A DNA stretch of 57,080 bases from an uncultured Candidatus Bathyarchaeia archaeon. Lineage in GTDB: Archaea; Thermoproteota; Bathyarchaeia; 40CM-2-53-6; CAVXDP01. The notes below the pieces were generated by a model that was not told the origin of the DNA, searched no databases, and saw only the letters and a list, made by a program, of their open reading frames with translations. Positions 35,630 through 46,326 of the stretch are shown in pieces. The stretch's first letter is position 1. Each line of letters begins with the position of its first letter. The position numbers and the translations under genes are program-made. The stretch lies in contig CAZLVF010000002.1 of the NCBI GenBank assembly GCA_964562925.1, positions 29,181 to 86,260 of the forward strand, read 5' to 3'.

Positions 35630-36613
35630 ATGCCACAGATCATTGAATGGTTAAACCCAAGGGCTGAAGATCTTGTCTGGAGATACCCCGTCGGCGAAAT
35701 CACGTGGGGCGCTCAACTGATAGTTCACGAGTACGAGATCGCCGTTTTCTTTAGGGATGGAAAGAGCTATGACACGTTCAGCCCTGGGAGACATGTTCTC
35801 ACAACCCTTAACCTCCCCTTGATTACAGGCGTCCTGTCGAAAGTTGCAGGGTACGAACGTACACCCTTCAAGAGCACGGTCATATTCGTTTCTACGAAAC
35901 AGTTTGCAGGAAAGTTTGGAACGAGAGCCCAAACTACAGAGCTTGCACCCCTAATGACCTATGGGTCATTCTGGTTTAAGATAGAAGACTCGTCAATCTT
36001 CGTAAACGAGGTTGTAGGTGGACAGAACGCATACAGCACATCAGACGTGAACAACTTCCTCAGAGGCTTTGTAAATGAGAAGATGATCGATGAACTCTCA
36101 AGGTACGATCTTGTCACAGTATTTACCAAACTCGACGAGACCTCAACCCACGTCAAAGCCGCCATAATAGACTATTTCAGGAGACTTGGAATCCAGCTCG
36201 TCGACCTCAAATTCGAAGGCGTCGACACAACCCCCGAATATAGGGACAGACTGTTCTGGCTGAAGGCTGGAAAGATCACGCCTGAAGAGGTTCTAAGGAT
36301 GCAGACGGTTAAAGAAGCGGCAAAAGAACTCGGAAAATCACCCTCCGCCGCCTTGGGAACCGGGATGGTGCTTGTACCTCCTCTCTTCCAGACTATGGGG
36401 GCTCCTCCCAGCGCGCCTTCTGTAGCTTTGGTTATCTGTCCAAGCTGCAACGCGCAGATCCCATCAACATCAAGATTCTGCGCTAACTGCGGAAAGAGTT
36501 TGGCTCCATCAACTCCGCCAGCTCAAGTTCCTGTGGAGAAGTGCAAAAGCTGTGGAGAAGTCATTGCTGTAGGCGCAAAGTTCTGTTCAAACTGTGGAAC
36601 AAAGCTGACGTAA
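35630..36613 (+). CDS. SPFH/band-7-like protein (YdjI/'virion core protein'-like) with two C-terminal zinc ribbons
   Basis: 327 aa with an N-terminal SPFH-like beta/alpha region. The C-terminus carries CPSCNAQIPSTSRFCANCGKSL and CKSCGEVIAVGAKFCSNCGTKL. Confidence 0.55.
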   Translation: MPQIIEWLNPRAEDLVWRYPVGEITWGAQLIVHEYEIAVFFRDGKSYDTFSPGRHVLTTLNLPLITGVLSKVAGYERTPFKSTVIFVSTKQFAGKFGTRAQTTELAPLMTYGSFWFKIEDSSIFVNEVVGGQNAYSTSDVNNFLRGFVNEKMIDELSRYDLVTVFTKLDETSTHVKAAIIDYFRRLGIQLVDLKFEGVDTTPEYRDRLFWLKAGKITPEEVLRMQTVKEAAKELGKSPSAALGTGMVLVPPLFQTMGAPPSAPSVALVICPSCNAQIPSTSRFCANCGKSLAPSTPPAQVPVEKCKSCGEVIAVGAKFCSNCGTKLT

Positions 36614-36978
36614 GCATATCGTTTGAGGGTCATGTAGGCAGATCGGTTAGCTCTCTCGGCTGGTTTCGTCACATACAGCTGAACGGTCGTGACGCAGAGA
36701 GGTGTATTCTCAGCTATGTTCCTAGGATAGTGTGAAAAAGCCTGCTTTGGACAATCAATCACTAGTAGAGTTCTCTATCCGTCTTGACCAGTTACACATT
36801 CAGGATTTTCATGAGTGAGAGATATGCACTATCGTGGAACGCCATGTTCCTTTCGAAAGCAACTTTTGCTGCAGCTCGATCGTAGGATCGTTCAACTCGA
36901 AAACTTTGCTTCCAACCGACGGTGTTCACGTAGCGGGAGTCGGGCTTTTGGTCTACCTCAGCTTAACGACTTAAAAAA

Positions 36979-37851
36979 ATGCGTAGGGACAATAATTTGA
37001 GATGTCGAAACTGGCTCCTATTCCTCTTGGTAATATTTCTTTGGGGATCGAACTGGTCAGTAATGAAGCTAGGGCTGAGATTCGTTTCTCCGTCAAATTT
37101 TCTGCTGCAACGATTGTTACTATCTGCTGCCGTTTTGTCTCCAATCCTTTTTGTCTCACTTGAGAAGATCCCAAGGAAAAGTAGCGTTATTTGCAGGCTT
37201 CTGCTTCTCTCTCTAATCTTTGCGTCAAGTATACTTGCAACATTGACGGGACTAGTTGAGGAAGGTTCTGGATTAGGAGCGGTGCTTACTTACACCCAGC
37301 CACTCTTCGTTTTCTGCTTGGCAGTTCCGTTTCTAAGAGAAAGAGTTACGCCAATTAGACTTTTTGGTGCGATAGTTGGGTTTGTGGGGATCATTACACT
37401 CTTTTTGGGCAGCTTATCCTCTTTTTCGGTTGACTCCACGATCATCCTGCTACTCGGCGCTCTCTTGTGGGCTGTGGCATTAGTCTACTACAAGAGATCT
37501 CTTATTCACGTGGATCCATTGGTTACAAATTTCTTCCAACTATCTTTGGGGGCTATACCACTTTGCATGTTTAGCCTGTTTGCAGATGGTTTTGTTTTTC
37601 CAGGAGACGCGGCATATGTTTGGATTATCCTGTATACTTCAGTTGGAGCCTTCACCATAGGATCAACGGTCTGGCTCTTCATAGTCAAAGAGGAAGATGT
37701 CACGGTCGTTGCGGGTTCGAGCTTTCTCGTTCCCTTAGTTGCATTACTCTTCGGGTGGATCTTTCTTGGCGAAACCGTTCGAATAGAATCTATGATTGGC
37801 TCGGCACTCATCTTGGCAGGAGTCTACCTAGTGAACACGAAAAGCCTGTAG
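36979..37851 (+). CDS. EamA/DMT-superfamily transporter (10 TM)
   Basis: 290 aa with two 5-TM EamA-like halves and a hydrophobic periodicity. Confidence 0.75.
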   Translation: MRRDNNLRCRNWLLFLLVIFLWGSNWSVMKLGLRFVSPSNFLLQRLLLSAAVLSPILFVSLEKIPRKSSVICRLLLLSLIFASSILATLTGLVEEGSGLGAVLTYTQPLFVFCLAVPFLRERVTPIRLFGAIVGFVGIITLFLGSLSSFSVDSTIILLLGALLWAVALVYYKRSLIHVDPLVTNFFQLSLGAIPLCMFSLFADGFVFPGDAAYVWIILYTSVGAFTIGSTVWLFIVKEEDVTVVAGSSFLVPLVALLFGWIFLGETVRIESMIGSALILAGVYLVNTKSL

Positions 37852-37933
37852 GAAAAATGTGATGCATAGGACACCAGTTCAACTAGGGTGTTCGTGCTCA
37901 CGAATCAAGCCGTGAATTATCGAAGGCTCCTAG

Positions 37934-39838
37934 TCACTTCTTCTTGAAGAAGATTATATCTTCCATTGGTATCGCTCCTCTCTCCGATGCCTTTTGAAGT
38001 GTGACATCGACAGAAGTGATATGCTCGAGATTTGCAGGTTCTTTCTTACCGAGCTCTTCCATAGCGGTTCCAAGCTGTATGGCGATCACACCGTCTTCTA
38101 GGGTAACAGACTGCTCCTTGCCTATTATCATCACTAACTGCTTTCCGGACTTGAGCGCTTCTGACATTTCTTCGAACGCGTCGCGCATATCAACAAAATA
38201 TTTGTAAAACGCAGATGCCTTCTGTTCACGACCTCGTTTCGCCATTTCTAGTAGAGGTCCTTGAGCGACTTCTGGCAGAGATTGAAAGCCTTCGCTCTTT
38301 TCCAAAATCTCATTCAGAAGAGATTCTTTTGAACGTCGCGAGCCGATGTGGAATTCCTCATCGAGTTTCAAGTGATCCTCTGCTAGGCCTAGCAAGTAAA
38401 GCGCCCATACATGATCGTGAACGTAGTCGATGGCGGTTCCGTAGGGAGGAGAAGTGATTATTCCATCAATCTCTCCTCGAAGTCTTGAGTCATCTAGCTG
38501 TCTCAGCTTTCTAACATCCCAAGTATATACATCAACATTAGAGGTCTCTAGGCTACATATCTCCCTCCTGAACTTGTGTAGATAATAGATTGAGTAGAAC
38601 ATCTTCCAGAGATACTCTCTATACGTTTGAAAGATCTTGGCAGGGTCCTGTTTTTTCAGCATGCTTCTCATCCAATAGGCCAGAGGTAGCTTGCAGAAGT
38701 CTTGAAGGTCTTTCTCTGTTGTTTCATCTAGGCTCGATCTCATGTCCTCGATGCAGCTCTTGATTCTTTCAACAAATTCCAATGAGTCTTTTCGAATACT
38801 TTTCATCAAGGACCTAGGAAGAATCTGGTCGCTTGCACTGTTCCTTGTAGTACGCTTTCCTAGTTGGTGTAGGTTATTCGATTTGAGGATTGTCTGGATG
38901 TTTTGCAGGAGTTGTTCGATGCGCTCTTTCAGCCATTGACTTTCCCAGTACATCGATCTTACTTTTAGACGGGTAATCATGGTGAAGAGCGGATGCATAT
39001 CTACGCCAATGCTGCTAATCCCATGGATAGCTGCCTCAACGTTCATAGTCCCACACCCGCAGAATGGGTCGAGAGCGCAGTCGCCCTTGGAGAAGTTCAT
39101 CGTATTCATTATGGCTCCAATCATTCTTGGAAAGAATTTTCCACGAATTCCAAAGATGTAATGTGTCAGGTACAGCTGGGGGGCTTCCCTGCTGTCAATG
39201 AAATCCTCAATACCTTTGAACCATCTTGCTGAGGATGGCGAATAGGGTCTGCGGACTTGGGTCTGCAGATGTCGAATACTCTGTCCTAGCATTCTGTCAA
39301 CATGTTCTACTTTCTGTGCTAGGCGGCAAACAAAATCTGAAGGCTCGTACAACGTGTGAAGGGGAATTACCCTCAGCAGTATCTTGGGTTCGGTCTTTTG
39401 GACTGTGAATATCTGGACGTAGGGAAGCATGTTGTACATTCGCACGTTGCCATCGAATTCTATTTTTTCTAGAGGGGTTCCTGGAAGAAGTTGCGTTAAG
39501 GTTGAGTCGCTGGGCTCCGCGAGAACAAAGAACTCTCTAAAATATGCGAGTCGTTTTGACACGGCAATGCAATCTGTCGCCACATCTTCAGCATGATAGC
39601 CTTGGACTACTCCGGGATACGGAAGTCGAGTTATGAAATCCTGGGGTCTTATCTGAGTATCTGAGACAAAATCGAGAAGAGGTTGACGTGAAAGAACATC
39701 TACAAAATTGGCTATATCATCAAGGTGTTTTGTTATCAGCGTCTCCAGTTCCAGTCTAGACAGCGCGAGCTCAGAATCGTTCTGTACGTTATGCTTGAGT
39801 CTGAAATAGTAGTGCACATTTGCTTGATCGCATATCAT
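37934..39838 (-). CDS. DNA methyltransferase (amino-methyltransferase class, N6-A or N4-C) with a large N-terminal extension; apparently orphan
   Basis: 634 aa. Motif I is LDPFCGCGTMNVEAA and motif IV is ITSPPYGTAIDY. No restriction endonuclease or specificity gene is adjacent. Confidence 0.6.
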   Translation of the reverse strand: MICDQANVHYYFRLKHNVQNDSELALSRLELETLITKHLDDIANFVDVLSRQPLLDFVSDTQIRPQDFITRLPYPGVVQGYHAEDVATDCIAVSKRLAYFREFFVLAEPSDSTLTQLLPGTPLEKIEFDGNVRMYNMLPYVQIFTVQKTEPKILLRVIPLHTLYEPSDFVCRLAQKVEHVDRMLGQSIRHLQTQVRRPYSPSSARWFKGIEDFIDSREAPQLYLTHYIFGIRGKFFPRMIGAIMNTMNFSKGDCALDPFCGCGTMNVEAAIHGISSIGVDMHPLFTMITRLKVRSMYWESQWLKERIEQLLQNIQTILKSNNLHQLGKRTTRNSASDQILPRSLMKSIRKDSLEFVERIKSCIEDMRSSLDETTEKDLQDFCKLPLAYWMRSMLKKQDPAKIFQTYREYLWKMFYSIYYLHKFRREICSLETSNVDVYTWDVRKLRQLDDSRLRGEIDGIITSPPYGTAIDYVHDHVWALYLLGLAEDHLKLDEEFHIGSRRSKESLLNEILEKSEGFQSLPEVAQGPLLEMAKRGREQKASAFYKYFVDMRDAFEEMSEALKSGKQLVMIIGKEQSVTLEDGVIAIQLGTAMEELGKKEPANLEHITSVDVTLQKASERGAIPMEDIIFFKKK

Positions 39839-40064
39839 GTCCCATCGGCCTCGAGAAAACTTATGCTATATCAGGCTTTTTGTCAGTTGCATTATCCAAC
39901 TTGTTGGGACCGACATCTGACCTGTTTATCTTGATGATGCTTGGGCAGTAGTTTCAACTGCGAGTCACCGTGCCAAGAGGCCGCTAGGTACATCGAGACG
40001 CGCCATCCACAATCAAGGGCGGTTGGGCTTTAGAGCGTCCTTGAACCGTGGATGCATAAGATTT

Positions 40065-40496
40065 CTATACTCTTCTTCCGCGTCTTCCACCGGGTCTTCT
40101 AGTTCCATCATGCGGTACAGGTGTGATGTCCTCTATCCTTCCAATTCTGAATCCAGCTCGAGCAAGCATCCTGATTGCTGCTTGCGCTCCAGGTCCAGGA
40201 GTTCTTGCACCATGTCCACCCGGGGCTCGAACCCTAATATGAAGCGCGCTGATGCCCCTGTCTTTTGCTGTTCTGGCGGCGGCTGCGGCTGATTGCATGG
40301 CTGCGTACGGCGAGCCTTGAAGCCTGTCCGCTTTCACGTGCTGGCCGCCTGAGCTTCGCGAGACCGTCTCGGCTCCGCTCATATCGGTTATATGAACTAT
40401 CGTGTTGTTGAATGAACTGTAGATGTTGGCTATTCCCCATTTGTCCGTTTTCTTCTCAGTCACATCAATTCCAGCCATGCATCGAATTGCCTGCAA
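40065..40496 (-). CDS. rps11: Ribosomal protein S11 (uS11)
   Basis: 143 aa. The motifs [18 protein letters not shown] and [19 protein letters not shown] are present. Confidence 0.85.
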   Translation of the reverse strand: MQAIRCMAGIDVTEKKTDKWGIANIYSSFNNTIVHITDMSGAETVSRSSGGQHVKADRLQGSPYAAMQSAAAAARTAKDRGISALHIRVRAPGGHGARTPGPGAQAAIRMLARAGFRIGRIEDITPVPHDGTRRPGGRRGRRV

Positions 40497-40627
40497 CGAT
40501 ACGGATTGACAGTTTTAAACTTTCTTTCGAAACAAGGCACCGTCGAACGATGATTCAATCTCGAACTGCTCGTCTCTAAGTATTAATGAGGCAACCCCTA
40601 TTGTTTCTCTAGGCTCTGGTTGCCAAA

Positions 40628-41080
40628 TTGACGATTCTGGAAGACTATGTCATATCGTCTTTCAACTCGCGTTTCTTTTCCCAGATAGTGGCAATCGAGA
40701 GATCTTCTTTTCAGAATCCCTACTCGTCAGATTATCTCAGACTGCTGACGACCTGGCATCCGGAACTGTTTCTTGTAGCCGTCTTTGACGAACTTGTATT
40801 GGGGTATGTGGTGGCGTCTGCGAAAGGGAAACAGGGTCGCATAATCTCATTAGCCGTAAGGCCCGAGTACAGGAAACGAGGGATCGGAACAGATCTGCTG
40901 CGAAGGCTACTGGAGCGTTTACAATCGATTGGGGTCGTAGAGGTATCACTAGAGGTTCGAGAGGACAATTTGGCGGCTATAACCCTCTACGATAAGTTGG
41001 GTTTCAAGTTGACTGGAAGGATTGATCGGTACTATGAGGATGGTTGCGCGGCTCTTGTCTTTGAAAGATCTATACCCTAG
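40628..41080 (+). CDS. rimI: GNAT N-acetyltransferase, RimI-like (ribosomal-protein/N-terminal acetyltransferase)
   Basis: 150 aa. The acetyl-CoA motif is RPEYRKRGIGTDLL, and LYDKLGF is present. Confidence 0.8.
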   Translation: MTILEDYVISSFNSRFFSQIVAIERSSFQNPYSSDYLRLLTTWHPELFLVAVFDELVLGYVVASAKGKQGRIISLAVRPEYRKRGIGTDLLRRLLERLQSIGVVEVSLEVREDNLAAITLYDKLGFKLTGRIDRYYEDGCAALVFERSIP

Positions 41081-41136
41081 GGATAGCAGTACATCCAATA
41101 GCAATTAACGATCAACATTTGGGGCGAGTTTGAGGT

Positions 41137-43500
41137 ATGGAGTTTCCTCTATGGCTTTTAGATATCGGCCATGACGTTGCTGATGGTTTTTCAGAAATTA
41201 GGCTCTGGGGGATCGATGATCAAGGCCGCAGACTGATGCTTGTTGATCGAAACTTTCACCCTTACTTCTATCTGGTTCCAACCGACGAGAGAGGCGCTGA
41301 ACAACTGACTGCAGAGATCAAGGGTAAACGGCAAAGTCATCCCGGCATAGCTGACGTAGTCGTTCATGAGACACGCTTCTTCGGAAGACCTCTCTGCGTG
41401 GTGAGGATAGTATGTGAAGAAGCAGCAAATTTTTCAGAGTGCGTTGAGTCGATGGCGAAGGCTGAGGGCGTGAAGGAACATCTTGAGGATGACCTCCGGC
41501 CATCCTATCGATACCTCCTTGACAACGGCTTGGAACCCTGTGGCTGGCATCAAGTCAAAAATGGCAAAGAGGTCTCGAGGCCAGGGCTTAGAATTGATGG
41601 AATCTACGAGTTGGAGACTGCGCCCATTAGGGTTGAGAAGCATATTGCGCCATCGCTGAGGATGCTCTCCTTCACGACGGTTCGCCTCGGTGGAAAGGGT
41701 ACTCCGAAGCCCAAAACAGATCCTGTAGTTGTGATATCGATCGCTACTAACGAGGGAGAGAAGAAGCAGTTTGTTACAGAAAACCGCGACGACAGACAGA
41801 TAATCGAAGAATTTGGTTCTTACATTCAGTCTTTTGACCCGGATCTAGTTGTCGGTTACGGTTCAAATACGGTTGAGTGGCCCTACTTGGTCGAGAGAGC
41901 TAAGATTCACGGGTTGAAGCTTGCTGTAGGCAGGGCTGGAGCCGAACCTCACCGCAGCTTGTATGGCCACATATCTGTTGAGGGTAGAGCGAACATCGAC
42001 CTAGCTGACCTCGCCGAAGGGATGCCGGAGGTCAAAGTTAAAACTCTCTGGAATTTCCTAGGTTTTCTAGGAGTGTCGGTAAAGGAAGAAGTTAGACTAA
42101 TTGAAGATTTTGAGATACAAAAGTTCTGGGCATCTATCGAGGCGAGAGGTGAACTTCTTGAATTCGCTCAGGAATATGCCTCGAAGATCCTTGAAGCTGC
42201 TAAGGCGACGATGGATTTTGTGATGCAACTTTCTTCTCTAACGGGCATGCCCTTGGACTATGTAATAGCGGCCGCGGTCGGCTTCAGAGTCGACTCATAC
42301 CTGATGAGACAGGCCAAGAGACTGGGCGAGTTGATTCCCAGGAGGTTCGAGCAGCCATACATACCTTACCGTGGCGCGATCGTTCTTGAGCCTAAACCCG
42401 GGATCCACAAGAAGATAGCCGTTCTAGACTTCACATCGATGTACCCGAACCTCATGATTCTTCATAACATATCTCCAGACACCTTAATCCAGCCTGAATC
42501 GATTGATGTTGAGTATACAACGATTCCCGAGGTTGGACATAGATTTAGGAAAGAGCCGCCAGGATTCTACAAGGCCGTTCTCTCCAATCTGATCTCTGTG
42601 CGAGAAGATGTGAAGAAGAAAATGGCGGGACTAGATCCAAACAGCACAGAGTACGGGGTTTTGAAGGAACGTGAGAAGGCGATCAAGGTGATCACTAACG
42701 CGACATACGGCTACGCTGGTTGGGTTGGTGCAAGATGGTATGTTAGAGAGGTGGCCGAGTCCACAGCGGCTCTCGGAAGGGCTACGCTCTTGAAGGTCAT
42801 TGAGATGGCGAAAGATATGGGGATCGAGATAGTGTACGGCGACACAGACAGCATATTTGTCAAGTACGAACCCGAGGCGGTTGAGAAACTGCTCTTAAGA
42901 ATAAGACAAGGTCTGAGTATGGATGTGAAGATCGACAAGATCTATGAGCCTGTGATCTTTACCGAGGCGAAGAAACGCTATGCAGGTCTCCTTCCAAACG
43001 GGAAACTGGACGTCGTCGGACTGGAAGCCATCAGAGGAGACTGGGCCAACATTGCGAAAACGGTTCAGGAAAGCGTTTTGGAACTGGTTCTGAAAGATAG
43101 GAGCGAACGGAGAGCCCTAGAGTACGTTTGGAAAACGGCCTCCGACGTTAGAGCCAAGAAGGTGCCGCTCCGGGAGTTCATAATCTGGAAAACATTGACC
43201 AAACCTGTTGGAGAGTACGAGGCTCGATCAGCGCATGTCGAGGTCGCAAAGAAGCTTCTAAGCGAGGGCTGGGATCTCGCGGTTGGCGAGAAGGTTGGTT
43301 TCGTCATAACGAAAAAGCCTGGAAAACTGTTTGAGAAAGCCCAACCATACTCGTTGGTAACGCTTGACGATATAGACGCGGAGTACTATGTAAACAGCCA
43401 GATCGTTCCAGCCGCCATGAGGGTTCTAAGTGTTCTCGGCGTGAGTGACGCACAGCTCAACTCCAAAGAAAAACTCCCATCGCTATCAGACTTTGCCTAG
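41137..43500 (+). CDS. polB: Family B DNA polymerase
   Basis: 787 aa. Exo motifs, the motif A DFTSMYP (the family-B DxxSLYPS region) and the motif C YGDTDSIFV are present. Confidence 0.9.
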   Translation: MEFPLWLLDIGHDVADGFSEIRLWGIDDQGRRLMLVDRNFHPYFYLVPTDERGAEQLTAEIKGKRQSHPGIADVVVHETRFFGRPLCVVRIVCEEAANFSECVESMAKAEGVKEHLEDDLRPSYRYLLDNGLEPCGWHQVKNGKEVSRPGLRIDGIYELETAPIRVEKHIAPSLRMLSFTTVRLGGKGTPKPKTDPVVVISIATNEGEKKQFVTENRDDRQIIEEFGSYIQSFDPDLVVGYGSNTVEWPYLVERAKIHGLKLAVGRAGAEPHRSLYGHISVEGRANIDLADLAEGMPEVKVKTLWNFLGFLGVSVKEEVRLIEDFEIQKFWASIEARGELLEFAQEYASKILEAAKATMDFVMQLSSLTGMPLDYVIAAAVGFRVDSYLMRQAKRLGELIPRRFEQPYIPYRGAIVLEPKPGIHKKIAVLDFTSMYPNLMILHNISPDTLIQPESIDVEYTTIPEVGHRFRKEPPGFYKAVLSNLISVREDVKKKMAGLDPNSTEYGVLKEREKAIKVITNATYGYAGWVGARWYVREVAESTAALGRATLLKVIEMAKDMGIEIVYGDTDSIFVKYEPEAVEKLLLRIRQGLSMDVKIDKIYEPVIFTEAKKRYAGLLPNGKLDVVGLEAIRGDWANIAKTVQESVLELVLKDRSERRALEYVWKTASDVRAKKVPLREFIIWKTLTKPVGEYEARSAHVEVAKKLLSEGWDLAVGEKVGFVITKKPGKLFEKAQPYSLVTLDDIDAEYYVNSQIVPAAMRVLSVLGVSDAQLNSKEKLPSLSDFA

Positions 43501-43559
43501 AGAAGAGCTAGCTTCCTACTTTCGGTCTATTTGTAAGCTGTTCAAGTTGGACTTGGTTT

Positions 43560-44720
43560 TTATCCGCCTACTATGTCTGACATCCTCATGATCTTGATGT
43601 TGACCGGGCGCTTGACCACTTCGGAGATGCGGTCGCCTATCAGGAGTTTGAGGTTTCGTTCCTCGGCTAGATCTAGCAAACGTTGGGTTATTACGCCGTC
43701 AAACAGTAGCGTGTGAGCGCCTTCAATCTTCGGAAGCTTGTCGGCGAGTTCTCCAACTGGGATCCTTGAGATCTCCCTTGCGGTCTCATCGAATGCGATG
43801 GCTTCGAGGGTGCCTCGTAACTGACGCGCGACATCTATTATGTTGCTTGGGACGGTTACTGTCAGGGCCGTCGGGACGGGGGCTGGTCTCCCAGCCTTCA
43901 ACTGTTCTACGGCGCTTTTTTCTCGAAGGCATTTCATGATTTCTTTGGGTGTGAGTTCCTCAACCTCTCTGTTTGGTGGAGCTCTAGCAACATAGTCGAG
44001 TTCAACAACCTGAATAAGCTCTCTTAGGATAAGGTCTCCAGCCCTGTCACCGTCAAGAAAGGCCGTGACTTCTCTATTCTTAGACAGATCTATGATTGTC
44101 TGCGGTACCTTTGTTCCTTCAAGGGCTATAGCGTTCTTTATCCCACACTTTAAGAGAACGATCACGTCTGCCCGTCCTTCCACTATTATTATCGAACCGC
44201 TCTCTTGGACTTCTGGTCCGGCTGGAAGCTGCTCGGGGCCTATTGAAACCACTTCGGCGGATCTTATTGACTCTGAGACTTCTTTCACTACCTCCTCAGT
44301 GCTCGGGCTTGCCTCGATAACCCACTTCCTAAGGATATCCTTGGCCTTGCCCATTATGGCTCTTCTTTTGTCTTCTCTGACATCGCCAACACGTTCGAGA
44401 GTAATCTCTGATTCGCAAGGTCCGATCCTGTCCACGCTTTCAATAGCCGCCGCGATGATGGCTGTAGAGACCTTGTCAAGGCTGGAAGGGATGGTGATCG
44501 TTCCGCTCGTCTTGTCCTGTTTCGATTCGAGTTCTATCTCTATCCTACCTATCCGGCCGCTCTTCTGGAGTTCTCTCAGGTCCAAGTCTGGGCCGAAGAG
44601 GCCTTCAGTCTGTCCAAAGATTGCGCCTATAACATCCGGTTTTTCTACAACACCTTCAACATTATACTTCGCTTGGATAACATACTTTGCAGTAGAAGCA
44701 TACTTCTCATCGTTTCCCAA
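43560..44720 (-). CDS. dnaG: Archaeal DnaG-like primase/exosome subunit (Toprim domain)
   Basis: 386 aa. Toprim motifs are IIIVEGRADVIVLLKCG and FLDGDRAGD. Confidence 0.8.
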   Translation of the reverse strand: MGNDEKYASTAKYVIQAKYNVEGVVEKPDVIGAIFGQTEGLFGPDLDLRELQKSGRIGRIEIELESKQDKTSGTITIPSSLDKVSTAIIAAAIESVDRIGPCESEITLERVGDVREDKRRAIMGKAKDILRKWVIEASPSTEEVVKEVSESIRSAEVVSIGPEQLPAGPEVQESGSIIIVEGRADVIVLLKCGIKNAIALEGTKVPQTIIDLSKNREVTAFLDGDRAGDLILRELIQVVELDYVARAPPNREVEELTPKEIMKCLREKSAVEQLKAGRPAPVPTALTVTVPSNIIDVARQLRGTLEAIAFDETAREISRIPVGELADKLPKIEGAHTLLFDGVITQRLLDLAEERNLKLLIGDRISEVVKRPVNIKIMRMSDIVGG

Positions 44721-44931
44721 AGATAACAGTCCTCCTGATTCAATCTGTTCGAACTCCCAGTCTCGAGTTTGCAGGTTCTCCTAGGAGCCTCCAAACAAGA
44801 AAACCCGTTAGCTCTGTAAACCAGGTAATCCTGAATCGCGTTCCCTATCGCCGAGGTGCTTTTAAAGATTTAGCCGGCAACTCCCATCCGAAGGATGGGC
44901 GAAGACCTATTACTTGATCGTGCGTGAGGTC

Positions 44932-45339
44932 TCAGGGCTTAACGGTCTTTCGTAGCCTCTCGACATAGTCGGCTAGTTCCTCAACGCTCCTTATCTCTGA
45001 TCGTCCTAGGCTTCTCAGTTCTCTCCAGAATGAGTCATCCGTCTTGACCCGGACTCTTGAGAGTTCTCTCACGAGCTGCGAGGAGAGCTCTCTCCCCTCC
45101 CTATCAAAATCTGTGAGTATGATGACTTCTCTCCATAGCTTGATCTCTTCAAGAAAATCAAAGAACCCCATCGCGGATGACTTTAGGCATAGGATCTCTC
45201 CCTCGACGCCCAAGCGTCTTAACGAAAGTCTATCTTTTCTTCCTTCAACTATTATCGGGGTTCCAAGCTTGGATCTTGCTACTAGCTTTCGAGTAAGCCT
45301 ATCTATCCTTTCATATTTCCTTTCGTCTGCAGTTGGCAA
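44932..45339 (-). CDS. Small stand-alone Toprim-domain protein
   Basis: 135 aa. Motifs IIVEGRKDRLSLRRLG and ILTDFDREG are present. Confidence 0.55.
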   Translation of the reverse strand: MPTADERKYERIDRLTRKLVARSKLGTPIIVEGRKDRLSLRRLGVEGEILCLKSSAMGFFDFLEEIKLWREVIILTDFDREGRELSSQLVRELSRVRVKTDDSFWRELRSLGRSEIRSVEELADYVERLRKTVKP

Positions 45340-45344
45340 GGCGT

Positions 45345-46304
45345 CTATCTCGTAACTTCGATTTCCATCATCCTTGATAGAGTGTCCGGATATTTGGTGA
45401 AGTGGTTCCTGACTCCCTTCAGAACCGTTGAGAGGGCGTCGGCGACACTGTTCTTTAGGTCGAGCGGATGGATCTCTCCTCTAGAGTAGGCTTCTTCAAG
45501 TGTTTCATATTTTTCAAACGTTATGGGGCCACCGTACTTTGCAGGCCTGTCGAGCCCAAGTCTCCCGGCGATTGGAAAGACCGCATACCTCGCTATCTCT
45601 AGTACAGGGTTGGATGCGACATCTTTCGGTGGACAGAATGCCTCGCCCATTTTTCTTCTGATCTCCCCAGAACTATCGTGGACGAATACGCATTTTCCAG
45701 GAAGGCTCTTAGACATCTTCGATCTGATCTCCTTGTCCAGGTCCCTGTCCTCGTCAAATCGTCCTTCGCCCGCTCGTTCCGGTTCAGATAGCCCCATTAG
45801 AAGGTGGGTGTGGACACAGGTCGGCTTCTTCATGTTCAGCTTCTCGGCTGAATCTCTAGCCAACATGTGAGCTTTCCTCTGATCCATTCCACCGCACGCC
45901 ACATCCAGTTTCAACTGGAATATGTCCGCCGATTGCATGCATGGGTAGAGGATGGTTGCGGACTCCATGTCCGATGTATCCATGCTCCTGCCCATTATGG
46001 GGAGCGCACGCCAGATTCTCTGAATTGAGGTGTTCTTTCCTATCTTGACGACCTTCTCCCAGTATGATATGTCACCTGCAAGCTCCGACGCCCAGACATA
46101 GTTGACCCGTTGGCTTTCTACCCCAAGTCCTTCAAAACAGTGTTTGAAGTATTCTCCACACAATCTAATATTGTCCATTTTGCCGCCGAGTTTGTTATTG
46201 ATCCATGAGTGCCAGTCTGCAAGAAAGATTGTGAAATCAAAACCAGCCTCTAGCATATCCTTAATCTTGCTTCCACAGATCAACCCCATCCCGATATGCA
46301 TCAT
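45345..46304 (-). CDS. tyrS: Tyrosyl-tRNA synthetase, C-terminal 319 codons (from the HIGH-region variant MHIGMG onward), separated from its N-terminal 44 codons by an in-frame UGA and a +1 frame change
   Basis: The protein aligns with archaeal TyrRS from the HIGH region to the C-terminus (FDFTIFLADWHSW, GGMDQRKAHMLAR, KMSKS). The N-terminal about 45 residues that every TyrRS needs are absent from this frame but lie directly upstream in another frame. Confidence 0.85.
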   Translation of the reverse strand: MMHIGMGLICGSKIKDMLEAGFDFTIFLADWHSWINNKLGGKMDNIRLCGEYFKHCFEGLGVESQRVNYVWASELAGDISYWEKVVKIGKNTSIQRIWRALPIMGRSMDTSDMESATILYPCMQSADIFQLKLDVACGGMDQRKAHMLARDSAEKLNMKKPTCVHTHLLMGLSEPERAGEGRFDEDRDLDKEIRSKMSKSLPGKCVFVHDSSGEIRRKMGEAFCPPKDVASNPVLEIARYAVFPIAGRLGLDRPAKYGGPITFEKYETLEEAYSRGEIHPLDLKNSVADALSTVLKGVRNHFTKYPDTLSRMMEIEVTR

Positions 46305-46326
46305 TCTGGATGAGTCTGTTGGAGCT

